A stretch of 63,606 nucleotides of DNA, filler included, from Circinaria calcarea (Eukaryota), in NCBI GenBank assembly GCA_051942165.1. It is 14 parts of 14 records of this genome, joined end to end, with 100 filler letters (N's around TTAATTAATTAA, not from the genome) between each part and the next. Parts side by side here need not be neighbours in the genome. Positions count along the whole stretch, not along the records: positions 27,355 to 31,805 come from JAVECS010002323.1; positions 31,906 to 36,356 come from JAVECS010002324.1; positions 36,457 to 40,906 come from JAVECS010002325.1; 11 more parts are not named here. One strand, given 5' to 3'. Shown piece by piece: positions 27,355 to 40,300 of the stretch (the stretch's first letter is position 1; each line of letters opens with the position of its first letter). The position numbers were made by a program, and so were the translations under genes. The notes beneath the pieces were generated by a model, which saw only the letters and a list, made by a program, of their open reading frames with translations, did no database searches and was not told the origin of the DNA.

Positions 27355-29844
27355 AAGATCCTCTTGAGCAGCCGAGCCGAAGCGGATATTGCGGGCTTAC
27401 TCAAAGATCAAGAATTTATTCGTGTGGATAATCGAAACTCTGGAAGCATTCAGACGTTCGTGACGCAGCGCACTGAAGAGTGGTTTAGTCAATACGACTT
27501 TTTACCAGAAGCTCAAGCTGAGATCCGGGAGTTTTTAGCGCCACTCGCTTCAAATGCAAAAGGTATGTATGCCTTTGTTCTCTAATCCGGATTCACAGAC
27601 AGGCACTAATTGTCCAAGGCATGTTCCTTTACGCCGAAGTGGTTTTAAGCAGTATGGACTACTTGGATGATATCGAAAAGATACGGGAGGACTTCAGCGT
27701 TCTCCCAAAGAGTTTGGATGACGCGTAAGGCCTTAATTGCCTCCTCTAGATTTGATTGTCCTCTTATGTGTGTCAAAGTTACTTTAGAATCCTCGATCGA
27801 ATCAACCAGTTGCGTCCTTCAGAAAAGGATAGAGTTCGAAAGATTCTTGGCTGGGTCGGATGCGCACCTATGCCTCTGACGCGTCAGGAGATTGAGCAGG
27901 CTCTAGTCGTCAGCCGTGAGGGTAACAAGGAAAATACGAAGGTGATTGCTGTCCTCGACATACCCAGGATTTGCGGCCCAATTATCGAACGGGTCGACGA
28001 CTATATACAGTTCGTCCACTTCACTGTGAAGGAGTAAGTTCTAGAACAAAGCCTTGATAAACGAGCCGCTAAATTTGAATTCATACAGATATTTTTTCAG
28101 TTCAAGTATAACTGGGTCCTTGAATGTTGCAGAAGCGAAATTAGGCCTTGCGGTGTGTTGCGTCACGTATTTGTGCCAAATACATCACGATTATGACCTG
28201 CTGGATGAAGAAATCGACCGCAATATCCTCTCCGGAGCATACCGACTTCATGACTTAGCAGCAACCACATGGTTCGAACTTGTCGAAAGTTCTGTCCCCT
28301 TAATCAAACAGGATACCACTCTATCTCCCAAATTCATTGACGCTCTTGAAACGCTTAGGTGCGGAAGAACTAGTGGAACGTATGATAAAGGCGCCGAGAC
28401 GTTTACTCCGTCAAGTCTGGAACCTTTCAAATCGATTTCCCCCACTTTGCACAATATGCTCTGCGAAGTGGCTTACTTTCGTCGGGCATCTTTGAAAAGT
28501 AACTTCGACAAGGACAATGGTATGATGATAGATCGATGCCTCTTGCCTTATCGTTCGATTTAACTAATCTCCATAGATTCCTCATGGACAAGCCTCGACC
28601 CTTTGACAATATCAGCCACCTCTGTCCGTATCCATCAGCGATTAAGAAATCTATTGTGTCGAAACAACAAACATCAGGATTACCAATGCGAGATTATCCG
28701 ATGGCACTACGGTCAACGGCCCTTCAAGTGTGGTTTCCTAAACTGCTCATTTCGCCGCCATGGGCTTGAATCGAGGTCACTCCAAAGGTCACACATGAAA
28801 CATCACGATCGGCCCTGGAAGTGTCATTTTGAGGACTGTGAATACGCAGAGGGAGGCTTTCTCTCACGAAAGATGCGAGATTATCATTACCGGGATCACA
28901 TAACAACTAAACCCCAAGAGACAGCTTATTCGGAAAACATAGAGGCGGACGAAATCCAACCGCTTCTTTTCGACTTAATCAAGGCCGACAAAGTGGACGC
29001 TGTCACGAATCTCATAGACCAGTTCAAGGCTCTACCCGCAGAGATCCAAGAGGCACTTCGAGAATGTGCGGCTTCTGTTGGGTCAGCTGCAATGTTCGAT
29101 TTGATCCGGCCATTCGATAAATCTTGTTCGATTGATCTTTTGAGGATTTCCATACGAGCTGCAAATATTGATGTCTTTAAGCACTTACTGTCGCAGAGTA
29201 AAAACTGTGAATTTGTAATTATACATGGTCATAAATGTGATCATAATGAAAGATATTCGATTTTGTTCGGGGAAGTTTTGGAGTCCGATTCCGAGGAAAT
29301 TTTCGAAGAATGGGTAAAGTATGCCAATGTCGATTATAAAGCATCTAGACAGAGAGGATCGTTACATTTTTGTTGGGAGCAGTACACACGACCATCTAGG
29401 TTGAAGGCTACTGCTGGACATCCCAGTAGGGAAAACTTGCTGATTAATACCTGGGAGAAGCTTGGTGTTTTGGAATCATTCAATCATCTATATCTTGGGA
29501 GTGCACTTGTGAATGTGGTGTCAATGACGTGTTCGGTCAAGCTTGCGAAATATCTCATTGACCATAAAGCAAAGGTGGATTTCAGACGCAGCGACTTGTA
29601 CTTTACACCACTTCATTGTGCTGCGCGGCAAAATTCAGCAGCCGCTGCGGAGATGATGAGGTATCTCCTTCTCCAGGGAGCAAATCCCGAGCTCAAGGGC
29701 GGACGCACGCGTTTGAGGATTTGTGAAGAGAAGGGTGCGAAGGGAATCGCAAAGTGGTTGGGAATGTCCTGGGATGAGCTCGTTGCAAAAACCAAAGAGG
29801 AAAGGGAGAAGATAGCACAAGAGACCACGAAAAGCATTCATTGA
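27355..29844 (+). CDS. Fungal NLR-like protein: NACHT C-terminal/winged helix + two C2H2 fingers + ankyrin, 5'-truncated
   Basis: KILLSSR (sensor I), AKG|MFLYA, LPKSLDDA|YFRIL, ILGWVGCA, FVHFTVKE|YF; RPFKC....C...HMKHH and RPWKC....C...HYRDH; TPLHCAA ankyrin; four GT-AG introns. Confidence 0.88.
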
Positions 29845-30881
29845 TATCAAATACATGGTGATGAAATGTCTGTGGTCACGTTGTGCCTAAACATTTGGAA
29901 AAAAAAACTTGGATGGGTTAAAGCTATCTTATTACTATAGGTTTATAGTAGTATTTATGATAATCATGGCTTTACAACTTACCCAATTTAAATGAACCTC
30001 CGGGAGAATTCTGCATACAATAAGCGGGTGTACAGAACTCTACACGCATATCCACACCTTCCATCACTTTGCAACACAGAAGTATCACGATTTAGGCCCA
30101 TGCTATTCGATTCAAGCTACTATAGCTTAGCGCATACACGGCACGCATACAGAATGTGCAGGTTCAGGGGTGCTATAGGAGTCCATTACCCATGGTTTTT
30201 GCACTAATACTATTGTCTCTACGATTATGGTATATAAGGGCTATGCCCATATTGTTACTTCTTCATAGAATATAGAGATAACTGCCAATTCATATTGATA
30301 TCAATGCATTCGCACCATACCATGATTGCACATTCTAACAAGATGAAAATCAATGTGTGATGGCCCCCATAGTCGCTTATTGGATGTTTCACGTAGCACT
30401 CAACTACCTCAAGGCAAGGCTTCCAATAGTGCAGCCGGTGCAGTGCGTACTAATTTATTAGGTGAGGATTTATAGTGGGGAATTTTAAAATTTTGGTAGT
30501 CTTAGACCCTGAAGCTAAGCCGAATTAGGTATATTTCAGCAATATAATGTGTAATTTATAGAAACACGACACCTAAAAAGGTCGTGATAATTAATCACAA
30601 TTCTAGCTCCGTATTAATCCCCCAGCTATACACTAAGCTTTAAGCGGAATGAATTTTCCTTATTCCTTTTCCTATTTGCCTTCGTACATCAGTGTAAGGG
30701 CGCTGCAATCCTTGGGGCCTATTGAGGAATATGATAAGTCCCGATTGGTAATAGCACGGTTATATAGGGTGTAGTTGAACTGTTGCCCTAGGCTCAATAT
30801 ATAAAGGAATATATTGAACTCGTTATGGTTCTATAAACATGCTATTCTAATGAACGAGGAACAGCTTGTTTATATAATGTC

Positions 30882-30992
30882 CTGAGCAACCTGAGCACCT
30901 TGAGCACTCCTCTGCTCACTCCGCTCACCTTGCTCACCTGAGCACCCTGAGCACCATGAGCACTGCCCTGCTCACTCTGCTCACTCTGCTCC
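30882..30992. repeat. Two tandem ~56-bp units, each three TGAGCA followed by three (T)GCTCA
   Basis: Nine-bp-spaced TGAGCA motifs alternate in blocks with their reverse complement TGCTCA. Confidence 0.85.
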
Positions 30993-31301
30993 GTCACGTG
31001 TGGTGAACCCGCTAGTCCATTCTTGGCTCTGGACCCTGAGTGTGGCGTGGCGCCATAACAATCAGCCTCCGTCATTCTGTATTATTCGAACACTGCCTCC
31101 GCGCATTGAATCCGGAAGCACAGGCTATAGGCGAGGTCTTATAGACCATAGAAGCGATGGATTACAACTATAAAGGTACTGTGAGGTGGAGTGGAAGCTT
31201 GGGGGCTTCTACGCTATTTATATGAAGCCTTGCCTCAAGGACAAGAATTTTTATTCGAATCGGAAATCTTTCTGAATAGTCTGAGTCTTGATATTCAACT
31301 G

Positions 31302-31805
31302 TTACTTCAAAAATAACTTGAGTTTCTAATTGAGTTGTTAATCTCACCAAATTTCACAATAGCACGACGAACGACTAACCTCATACTGACGATTTTCAAT
31401 GTCATCTTGAGATAAATGCTCCGAGTCTATCGACTGGTTGATGAACTGCAATTTTTCGTCTTGAATTCGCTGGATGTACTGGACAGAATCAGTATGCTAA
31501 TTTTTATTAAATAGGTCGTACTCTGATCTACCCTTTCGATAGAGTTGAGCATGATATATCTAGTGATCACGACTTCGCGTTTCTGTCCTATTCTGTGCAC
31601 CCGGTCTACAGCCTGCGCCTCTACCATTGGATTCCACTGGGGTTCGATCAGGTGTACGTGGTTGGCGACAGTGAGGTCAACCCTAACACAGTCACGTTGT
31701 GTGAGCTCTGACGAAACATTATGAGTGTGCAAGTGGTCAACTCACCCTTCCCCGGCGCTGCCAATACTGGCAAGCATGATAGTATAGTGTGGATCATCAT
31801 TGAAC
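31302..31805 (-). CDS. SNF2-family (Rad5/Rad16-like) helicase, C-terminal fragment
   Basis: IMLASIGSAGEG|VDLTVANHVHLIEPQWNPMVEAQAVDRVHRIGQKREV (motifs V-VI); three introns; inferred last exon KLKLFLK*. Confidence 0.88.
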
Positions 31806-31905
31806 NNNNNNNNNNNNNNNNNNNNNNNNNNNNNNNNNNNNNNNNNNNNTTAATTAATTAANNNNNNNNNNNNNNNNNNNNNNNNNNNNNNNNNNNNNNN
31901 NNNNN

Positions 31906-32884
31906 CTTCTACTACCATGTCCATCTTGAGAGCCGGTTTTCCGTCTATCCCACGCTCGAAATAAGAAAACTCCGTTCTCTTTCTAAGAGACAAGGAAGAT
32001 TCGAGGATAGAATAGCACCAATGGTCTTTTGCAACGCTCATTTTCCTCGCGATACCCTTGACGCCGTCCATATCCTCCTTAATCCATCTCCGTTTAGGGT
32101 AGTGAATAGAGCGTGACGTCAGAATTTCAAGTGTATTTGTTAAAACCCTTTCGTGCTTCGCAATGACCTCTTTGTCACATCCTCGTTGTTGATAGTACAG
32201 TCTTGTGATTACGAGCATCGATTCGCAGAAGAATTGCCGGGTCCACTCGGTCAATGATTTCAGACCCGCTCGATACTGGGAGAGACCTCCAATGTCACGA
32301 AGCATATTGTCGACGGCCACTTGACAGTTATTGGACCACACAGCGTATTTGTTAAGATGCATTCGATTTAGTCTAGAGAATTGACTATCGCCGACTGCCT
32401 TGATTTCCTGGTCGGTAAGAGCAGTCACACCCTGCACGTATGTATTTATGATCTGACTTTCTTGTTCCTCGCTCCATTTGGACATCCGTAAGCCAGTGCG
32501 AGTGGGATCCGTGTGAGCCCGTTGAAGCTCGAAGTACTGGTCGCCGACCTTGATGGCCCAGTGCATTGCCCACGATAATTTTGTCTTACTTTTATCCGAT
32601 GCCTGCCTTAAGAGTGTCGCCCCCCAAGTCCCGCCTAGGGCAACTGCTGGGGTGGTCACAATAGCAATTTCGCGTACGTCGTCCCGGTTAGCAAGGCGTC
32701 TTTTCAGCCTTTCTTCTCGGAGTAGCATTTCTCTAACATTCGGGTCCAAATAAGTATTCTCCCCGTCCCTGGTTACATCAAATTCCCTCTCTCCTAGCTT
32801 TACGTCGAGGAGGCCTTCGTTTTCCAAAGCGTCCGTGGGAAAGCGGACACAGTCTAGGCCAACAGGGTAGTATGGTGTCTTCAT
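31906..32884 (-). CDS. Permuted papain-fold (PPPDE/LRAT-like) cysteine peptidase-like protein, 3'-truncated
   Basis: HWAIKVGDQYFEL (His) precedes YAVWSNNCQ (Cys), the order and NNC motif of PPPDE/DeSI enzymes; first ATG at 32884. Confidence 0.65.
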
Positions 32885-33534
32885 TATGGATACGTAAGTG
32901 AAATGAATGATCTCAGGAGTCAATACGGAGTCGCTGGTAGAAAGAATAACATCGAGTGTTGGCAAGTGCCATGTATAAGATGCATCAGCGGGTTGTGCTG
33001 CGGCAACTTACGTTGTCGTTGTGAACCGTAAATATCCTCTAATGTACTGGTCTCCGCCACCGCGAGCTTGGCGGATAGTTTCCCGTGTACCACAAGGCTA
33101 TAATACCTGAAACGGCCCCCATTCTGCGGCCCCCATTCTGCGGACTCGGGTCTGAAGGAGCCCTGAGGGTGAACTCGGAACGACCCTGATAGGTGGTGCC
33201 TTATTGCCAAGCCTGCTGTGCCACCGCCATTGAAGCTCCCTGCGCCCGTTTCAGGTTGGAATCCATGGAAAGCGGAAAAGATATGGTAGAAGGTGCTCGG
33301 ATGTTGTGGAGGCTGGTAGATGCCCCGAGGACCGCAGCTCCCTGCATTCGATCAACCACCATCGGCGGCGGACAGAGGACAATTTGAGGACACGAGAACG
33401 AGCACTCGTCATACCTGATCATAAAGAGTCGGTTTTCTCCCCGATTAACCTACATGTGCAGTATTTGATGGTGTTGCTCAATCTTATCGAAATTGGATAC
33501 ACTCTTTTTGCTTTGGTTTATATCTAGAACGGCC

Positions 33535-34472
33535 ATGCTTCCGTTTGAACAAAGGGCAATAGATGAAGAGGCTTCGCGCCCTGATGGAGCCACTCCGGCA
33601 AATGAAGCTATCTACGGCATCGATTGGGTGTATGCAAAAGTGTGCAAGGGCGTCTCCATAGCGATGGCCCCATGGCCTTCAATGCACGATCCAATCAAAT
33701 CTCTTCTGAACGCCGAGGGCAAGGAAGCTGACCGGTTGACTCTGAAATGGAAGGATGCAAAGCTCCAGGAACTCAACTACGTCGGCATTACTGTAGGTGA
33801 ACTTACCTGTTGGGCGGCGGACCTCATGGGCGTGAGGTTATGGTGCTAACGCGGGCACTTGTCTAGGGCGCCCTAATCACCGGCGCCGTCGTCGGGTCTT
33901 TCCAAATATATTCGGCTGAGACCGACCCGTGGAGCACGAATGCTCTCTGGGTAAGCGCCTTGCTGTTCTCATTGACGTCCATCTCCATTGCAACGCAACA
34001 GTGTATTGGCCTCAACCGTCTCAGCAGCCGTGAGGATGGTCCCGGTAAGATCCGTCTTCTCTTGGGCGAAGAGAACCCCAGATTCGACAAGCCTCACACA
34101 GCAACGTATACCGGCAGGGATGAAAAGATAACCGAGTACAGACTTCGCATGAGGAAGAGTCAGCTGTGGGTATGGCAAACGCCTGTCATGCTGCTCAACT
34201 TTGCCATTCTGTTATTCATAATCGGCCTCATGATAGCCGTCTTCAGCAGAGCAGTCAAGGCGCATGGTGACTGGTCAACGGGAGACATAAAGGTACCCTA
34301 CGCATCGTGGCGGGGAACCGCTGAACGTAGCCGCTGGCTGACACTATCATAGACTGCCATCGTCTTTGGCTGTGCAGCTAGCTTTGCAGGAGGCAACTAT
34401 CTCGTCAGCTGGATATGTTTGAATCGGCGGTCGCAAGGACAGTGCCCGAAAGTTCAGAAATGTCTAATCTAG
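33535..34472 (+). CDS. Uncharacterised fungal membrane protein with about four TM helices
   Basis: Three exons joined by GT-AG introns with CTAAC/CTGAC branch sites. WKDAKLQELNYVGIT|GALITGAVVGSF, LWVSALLFSLTSISIA, WVWQTPVMLLNFAILLFIIGL and TAIVFG; stop TAG 34470-34472. Confidence 0.75.
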
Positions 34473-34689
34473 TAAAGGGTTTATATTGAAATAAGAAGAA
34501 CCGAGAGTGGTGACCGGCTTTGTCTCTTCTCCGGATCCCTGAGCGCCCTCCCCCCAGAGACCTCTGCACCAGGACTATCATATTATACACAGATCAAACC
34601 CACCTTTGAGGCAGCAGCTAAACGCTAGTCATGATGCACGCTAAATGTAGACTGGAACAAAAGGCAGGGAATATTTACACCTGATAAGA

Positions 34690-36356
34690 TCAAATATAAT
34701 CCCGGTTACTTTTCTGAAGCTCTATCAACCGCCATCCTCGGGTCTCTGGGTTATTGACGTCCTCTGCCACACGAGTGACACCGATAGCGTAGGTGACAAG
34801 TTGAACCTTGTCCTCCATGCCGGCTGCGAGTTCGTTGGTTTTGATCTGTCGATAGACATGGACTTCCTGCGTCCGACACGTGATGATGAAAACCGGAATC
34901 TCCCCAGGTTCGAGCATTCGAGCCGATAGGATATCCACGTGCCGTATATCGAGGATGCGGCCGTCCACCTTCAAACCTGCCGTTGTCCATTGCTGAGCCA
35001 GAGCCGAGTAAACCGAGAATTGCGCTGCCGAGAGCCACAGTCTCAAGGTTTCGGTGTCCCCTTTTACGTATGCGTCGAGGACTTCAGGTAGAATGTATTC
35101 GCGCATTTCGCGAAGAAAAGGTTCGATTTGGAAGTTAGGGTCCATCTCGCGGAATTTCTTGATGACCATTGCTGTCTCATTTTCGGCGAAGAAACCAGCT
35201 ACTCGGTCAGATATACTTCGTGCTGTTGATATGAGGGGGTTCTCGGATTCGTTATAGCTGGACTTTAGAGAGAATAGCGACTGCATCAACCGATTGGAGT
35301 CTTTGAAGTCACGCCATGATTCCTTCCAGGCGGCGTCCTTGTGTAGCGTGACGTTGGTTCCAGCCCTTTTCGAACAAATTAGTTACGAGGCGCGGCTAGC
35401 GAAAGAGGAGCCATACTGAGGATCTTCCTCCATCTTCTCTATACGTTTTCCTAATTTACCACTGGTTTTGCTTTCATTGAGCTCTCGTAATTCCCGCTGT
35501 TTCCGTCTTTCCTCTTTCTCTGTCCAGCCGCCATATCTCGAACTGCTACCATCATCAATAACCTCCTTCACACTTCCAACCGTCTTCTTATATACTTTGG
35601 TTTCTCTCACTGGTTTCGTAGCCTTGTCGATGCCTTTACCCGTAAGGCTAACGCCTGCACGGACACCCTTCACAACCGGAGTATCCCAAGTCCATGCAGC
35701 CCCCTGTCCGATCGCTTTTCCAGTAGACTTCAGCGCGGATGAAGTGGTTGAAGTAGCCGTCTCGGACGCCGCAGTGTAAGCTGCCCGTGCTCGTTTTACG
35801 GATTCATTCTCAGTAAATTGATGTGCCGAGGAAGCCAAAGCTTTTGTTGATTCATTCCACTCTTTGGACGCCTTGAATTCGGTGCGCAAGGTCTCTGTAA
35901 ACACTTGCCATGGGGTCTTGTCACCATGTGGCGGGGGGGGTGGCGGTGCTTCTTTTTTGTTGTCGTCTTCACCCTCCTTGCTTGACTCTTGCTTGGATCT
36001 CTCGGAAGACTGTTCAGATTTGTTCGACTCTGCTTCTGCCCCTTCTGGCGCTGAACTCTCTTCCTTTGCCGAATTGTTTACATCAGGACCGGTTCGCTGT
36101 GGTTGAAGAAAGGTAGGATAAGACGAGAATGATCTTCTGATGGCAGCTGGGGAAGACCATCGATACGAAGTTGGATATTGAAGATGTAGCGCTAATGGTG
36201 TTACTGATGACGGATGACTTGAGCGCAAACGCGGGCCTATTAGTTGCCTCAAGACCGCTGGGTTGTGTATCCGCCTGTAAGGTCCAGATCTGCCATATGG
36301 AGTGATTGCAGAGGCGGCGAGAGATCTGACAGCGCACTCTCGAGTCTGAGTGATCC
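34690..36356 (-). CDS. TIM44: Mitochondrial import inner membrane translocase subunit Tim44, start codon off contig
   Basis: Presequence-like N-terminus, TPWQVFTETLRTEFKASKEWNES, SSRYGGW, one intron, then the Tim44 domain FAENETAMVI...EYILPEVLDAY...RTQE...GWRLIE. Confidence 0.96.
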
Positions 36357-36731
36357 NNNNNNNNNNNNNNNNNNNNNNNNNNNNNNNNNNNNNNNNNNNN
36401 TTAATTAATTAANNNNNNNNNNNNNNNNNNNNNNNNNNNNNNNNNNNNNNNNNNNNAAGAATGGGAGGTGATGAGGGGTGAAAGCGTTTGTTTATATTGG
36501 AATTTTTGAATTAAGGGGGGTAGGGGTAGGGGGGTTTATAGTCACGATATCAACGGCATTAGACTCCAAAATTCATATCTAGGGAATGTTTTAAGGGGGG
36601 GGGATTGCGTTGATCTTTTCTTGCATTTTTCCCATCTAATCTATCTATCCATTCTCGATACCTTTTCGTTTTTTTGGGCAAATGATCTTTCTGTCGTTTT
36701 TATCTCGTGGCCCTAAATGTGGTTTCAATCT

Positions 36732-36820
36732 TCTCTCTCTCGTAATCCGTATCCGATACAAGGTCAATCTGTTCTTTCCGTCTCTCTCTCGTATCCGATA
36801 CAAGGTCAATCTTTTTCTTC
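36732..36820. repeat. Short direct duplication (period about 42 bp) in an AT-rich low-complexity contig end
   Basis: CGTATCCGATACAAGGTCAATCT at 36748 and 36790, each preceded by (TC)n. Confidence 0.8.
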
Positions 36821-37396
36821 CACCCTCCAAAGTTGACGTAAAAGCAGCAAAGTACCGCATTCCCGACTCCCCTGCACCATTGGGAGACTTTGTTTCTCCG
36901 TGTTTTTTCCTTTTCCCGAACGATGACGCGGGAAAATTCCCAATTTTCCTCCCAAAAAAACCCCCCAAAAAACAGCATGGTTCAACGCCAATAAAACTCC
37001 CATCAGATTCGCATATCCGAGCAACGACCAAGCAAGCACTTCTCCTTCTCTTTTCCTGTTATCTATATTCACACCTTTTCCCTTTTTCCCTTTTTCTTCC
37101 TCCTTTCTTTTCCCTATTCCCCCCCAATTTTCCCACCCCAAAAAAACCCAAATAGCCATACAAAAACCAAGCTCACATCCCCCACTTCTCCAAAGAGCCA
37201 AAAGAAAAAAATGGCCACAGTACATCAACAGGGAGGTTTTGGACACCTTCATCCTAGACATAAACCGTAGTAAAATTTCTTTCTTTCTTTCTTTGGGGAG
37301 AGGGTAGAAGAACAAGTAGTTTGTCGACATTTGGGATTAGAGGATGAGGGTAGGGGGGGCGAAAGGAAGCTGGGGACAGATGAGGGGATATGGGAA

Positions 37397-40300
37397 TCAA
37401 AGGGGTAGGGTGGTGTTGCCGAACCACCACGCATCCGGGTCTTCGTCTTCGTATGTGCGGAAGAAGCTGTCGAAGTCCACGGTCGGCTCGGCAGAAAAGG
37501 GGGAGGGGGTAGCAAGGGTACGATCGAAGAGCGGGGGATCGTTGGGAAAGTGGTCGTAAAAGTCTGTTGCTGATTGGTTGGGAACGGCTGGGGCGAGGCT
37601 GGAATCGAAAATAGCTGGATGTCGATTTGGTGATGGCGAGATAGTGGCTGTTAGGTTCTCGTCATAGATGTTGGTAGTACCATCTGAGAAGAGGTCGGAA
37701 AAGTCTCGGACTGGGTTTTCAGGAAAGTATAGTTCCTGAGGATGGTCGACTTGGAGTTCGGACGTTGACGGTGCTATGGCGGTGCTGGCAGGAACTTGTG
37801 AGGTGTTTTGGATCCCCGCCAAGCCGTTGGAGGAAGTAGGAAGTGCCGCGTGTAAGTAGTTCGGATTGGATTGTGTTTGTGCGTGATTGACTGAGTCCTG
37901 GGATACCGGCGGCGTGGAAGCAGGGTTAGGATGTTCAGAAACACCCTGGCCACGTGTCAAATTGTTAGAAGGGTCAGGGAGGGCTTGTGAATGGGTATTT
38001 GAGGTTAAGTAATCCTCTATATCACGGATAATGCTCTCAACTGTCGGCGCCGAGGCTGTGACGATAGTATCCGTAGGAAGCATGTTACCTTCAGGAACCC
38101 AAAGTAAGGCGTCAGATAAACTAGAGACGCTCGGAGATGAGTGATCTGCGGTGGGCTGCTCGCGTGTCTGGTGCGTCAAGTTCTCATCTGTAGGCGCTGA
38201 TGGTGTAGTGCTGACGCTGAGAGCTCCAGAAGTTTCATTCCCTGTTGAAGTTTCAAAGCGGTCATCAGTGCTGGTTGCTGCAACCTCGGCAGGTGAATCC
38301 TCGTATAGGTCAAAGAAACCCTGGATTGGAGGTGCTGTAACTTTGGTAGGAGGATCTTCGAATATGTTAAAGTTCCATCCTGAAGCATCGTGCTGACCCG
38401 CTCCAAGAAAATCGTCAATAGTATCTTGCTCTGGCGATAGTACAATAGGATTATTGCTGGACCCCAGAGGTGTATGTGGTAGCATGTCAAACTGGGCAGC
38501 CGGTGGAGGATGTGTTGTACGGGGATGACCAGCATTGTATGCGGCTGTGACGTTGAGCGCTGTGGCTGGGACATCACTGGCGTTTGCTCTAGCATGACGT
38601 GCACTGGAAAGGTGTATATTGGCGATTTGAACTCTGGCATTGCGTGATCTCGCGTTGCGTTCTTTGGCGTTGGCGATCCTCGTATGAAGTTCAGCGTTGA
38701 AGAGGCTGTTATTGTGTAGTATGGCACCATGTGCTCCTGTGTCAAATGCCCCTGTGGTAGCTTGGGAAGAACCATGTGTTCCGGTATTAATGGTAAACGG
38801 GACAAGATCAGGATCCTCAGGTTTGGGCATTTGAGTCGCCCATATGTCTGCAAGCCCTGCGCTGGGATGCGGTACTTCTGGATTGATATTGTTGGTCCTA
38901 CTGACTCTAGTATTACCTAGGCCGTATGAGCTTACGCCTGCTGCCCTTGTAGAATTGCCCTGATTCAGGAAGCCGCTGAAGTCTTCGGCACCGGCCATGC
39001 TGATATTGTTTGGTCCATGAGATTTGGCTGCGACTTCGCCAGCCCGGTATTCCACGTTCGTTGCCGATCCTCTCCCCATCCTTGGACTTTTGAAATGCTG
39101 AGGCTGGCTGATGTAATTGGTGCGGTCAAGCCCTCCATTGAATGCGGTAGGAGAATGGTGGAAAGCCGTACTTGAGACATTCTCAAGAATTTGGGCGGGG
39201 ATGTATCTGGTGTCTTGTGAAAGATCATTAAGATCATCACCAGCGTACAACCCCAATTCACCTTGAAAGGCGGAGCCTCTTGCTTGTGCACCATGTATAT
39301 GACTAGTGCTAAGAGGTTTAGCAAAGTAGGGAGTTGTTCCCACTCGGGATAGAAATTTTCTTGGCTGTATGCTACTTGATCGTGATGAATTAGAAAAGCT
39401 ACCTTGTGCGCTATCCTGTTAATCAATTATTAGTTACTATTGCCTGCGTTTTGATGACTTCAGATAAAAAGCACTTACCACATTACTACTCAGACAAGCC
39501 CTCTTTTTGTCTTGTAATTCACTACTAGCTTGGCCTTCGGGCTCGAGAAAGCGCTTCCGCTTAAGGTGATTATTTCCCTGCACTGGACCAGTTCCCTGCG
39601 TTTGTCCAACACCAGTCGCGCAGTTGGTACACACGTGATCTCCTACAGGAAGATATCTCGGTGCTTGTAAATTCTCAGGTGGATCATACAATGATCCAGG
39701 ATGACTTGTATAATGGTGCTAATTCGACAGTCAGATCGGGTATTCAGAAAGGTTAACTAGACTTACCTGGCCATAACCCAATTCTACTTCAGCACTTTGT
39801 GGAACACTCGCCTTTATTGAGCGCGAGGTCGGATTCATGACCTGTGGCATCATATACTTTGCGCGCTTCGATGATCCATCAGCTTCTTCACTGGGTTCTC
39901 CTTCAAGTCGACGCTTTCTACCCTGAATTCAAGTCATTAAATGAATGCTTTCAAACGATCGAACATAACCCACCTGTGGCTTGCTGACAGGTGCGGGCAG
40001 TTGCTCCTCCAGCTTCTCCAACTCCTCGTTGGTTCCACGAGTCTCCAATCGGCCGGTGTTGGCTATCTCATCTTCTGCCCCAGCTTGACCATCCTTGTGG
40101 CGTGCCGACCATGCCCGAGGTAGTAGCTCTCTCGAGAGCTCACTCCAGTGAGTTTTCCCGTTAGCTTCAGCAAGAGCCTTAAGTCTCTTGCTCTCTGCTA
40201 GTGCATCCCTAACTTCATCAGATGGAACGTGTTCGGCCCCATTGATGAGAAAGTAGTCCAAAGGTAAAACCACTTGAGGATTTTTTGGATTAACAATCCC

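Noticed and set aside
36645..37330. Several overlapping 90-170-aa ORFs rich in F/K/P/G
   Set aside because: Products of low-complexity homopolymer-rich DNA with no protein features.
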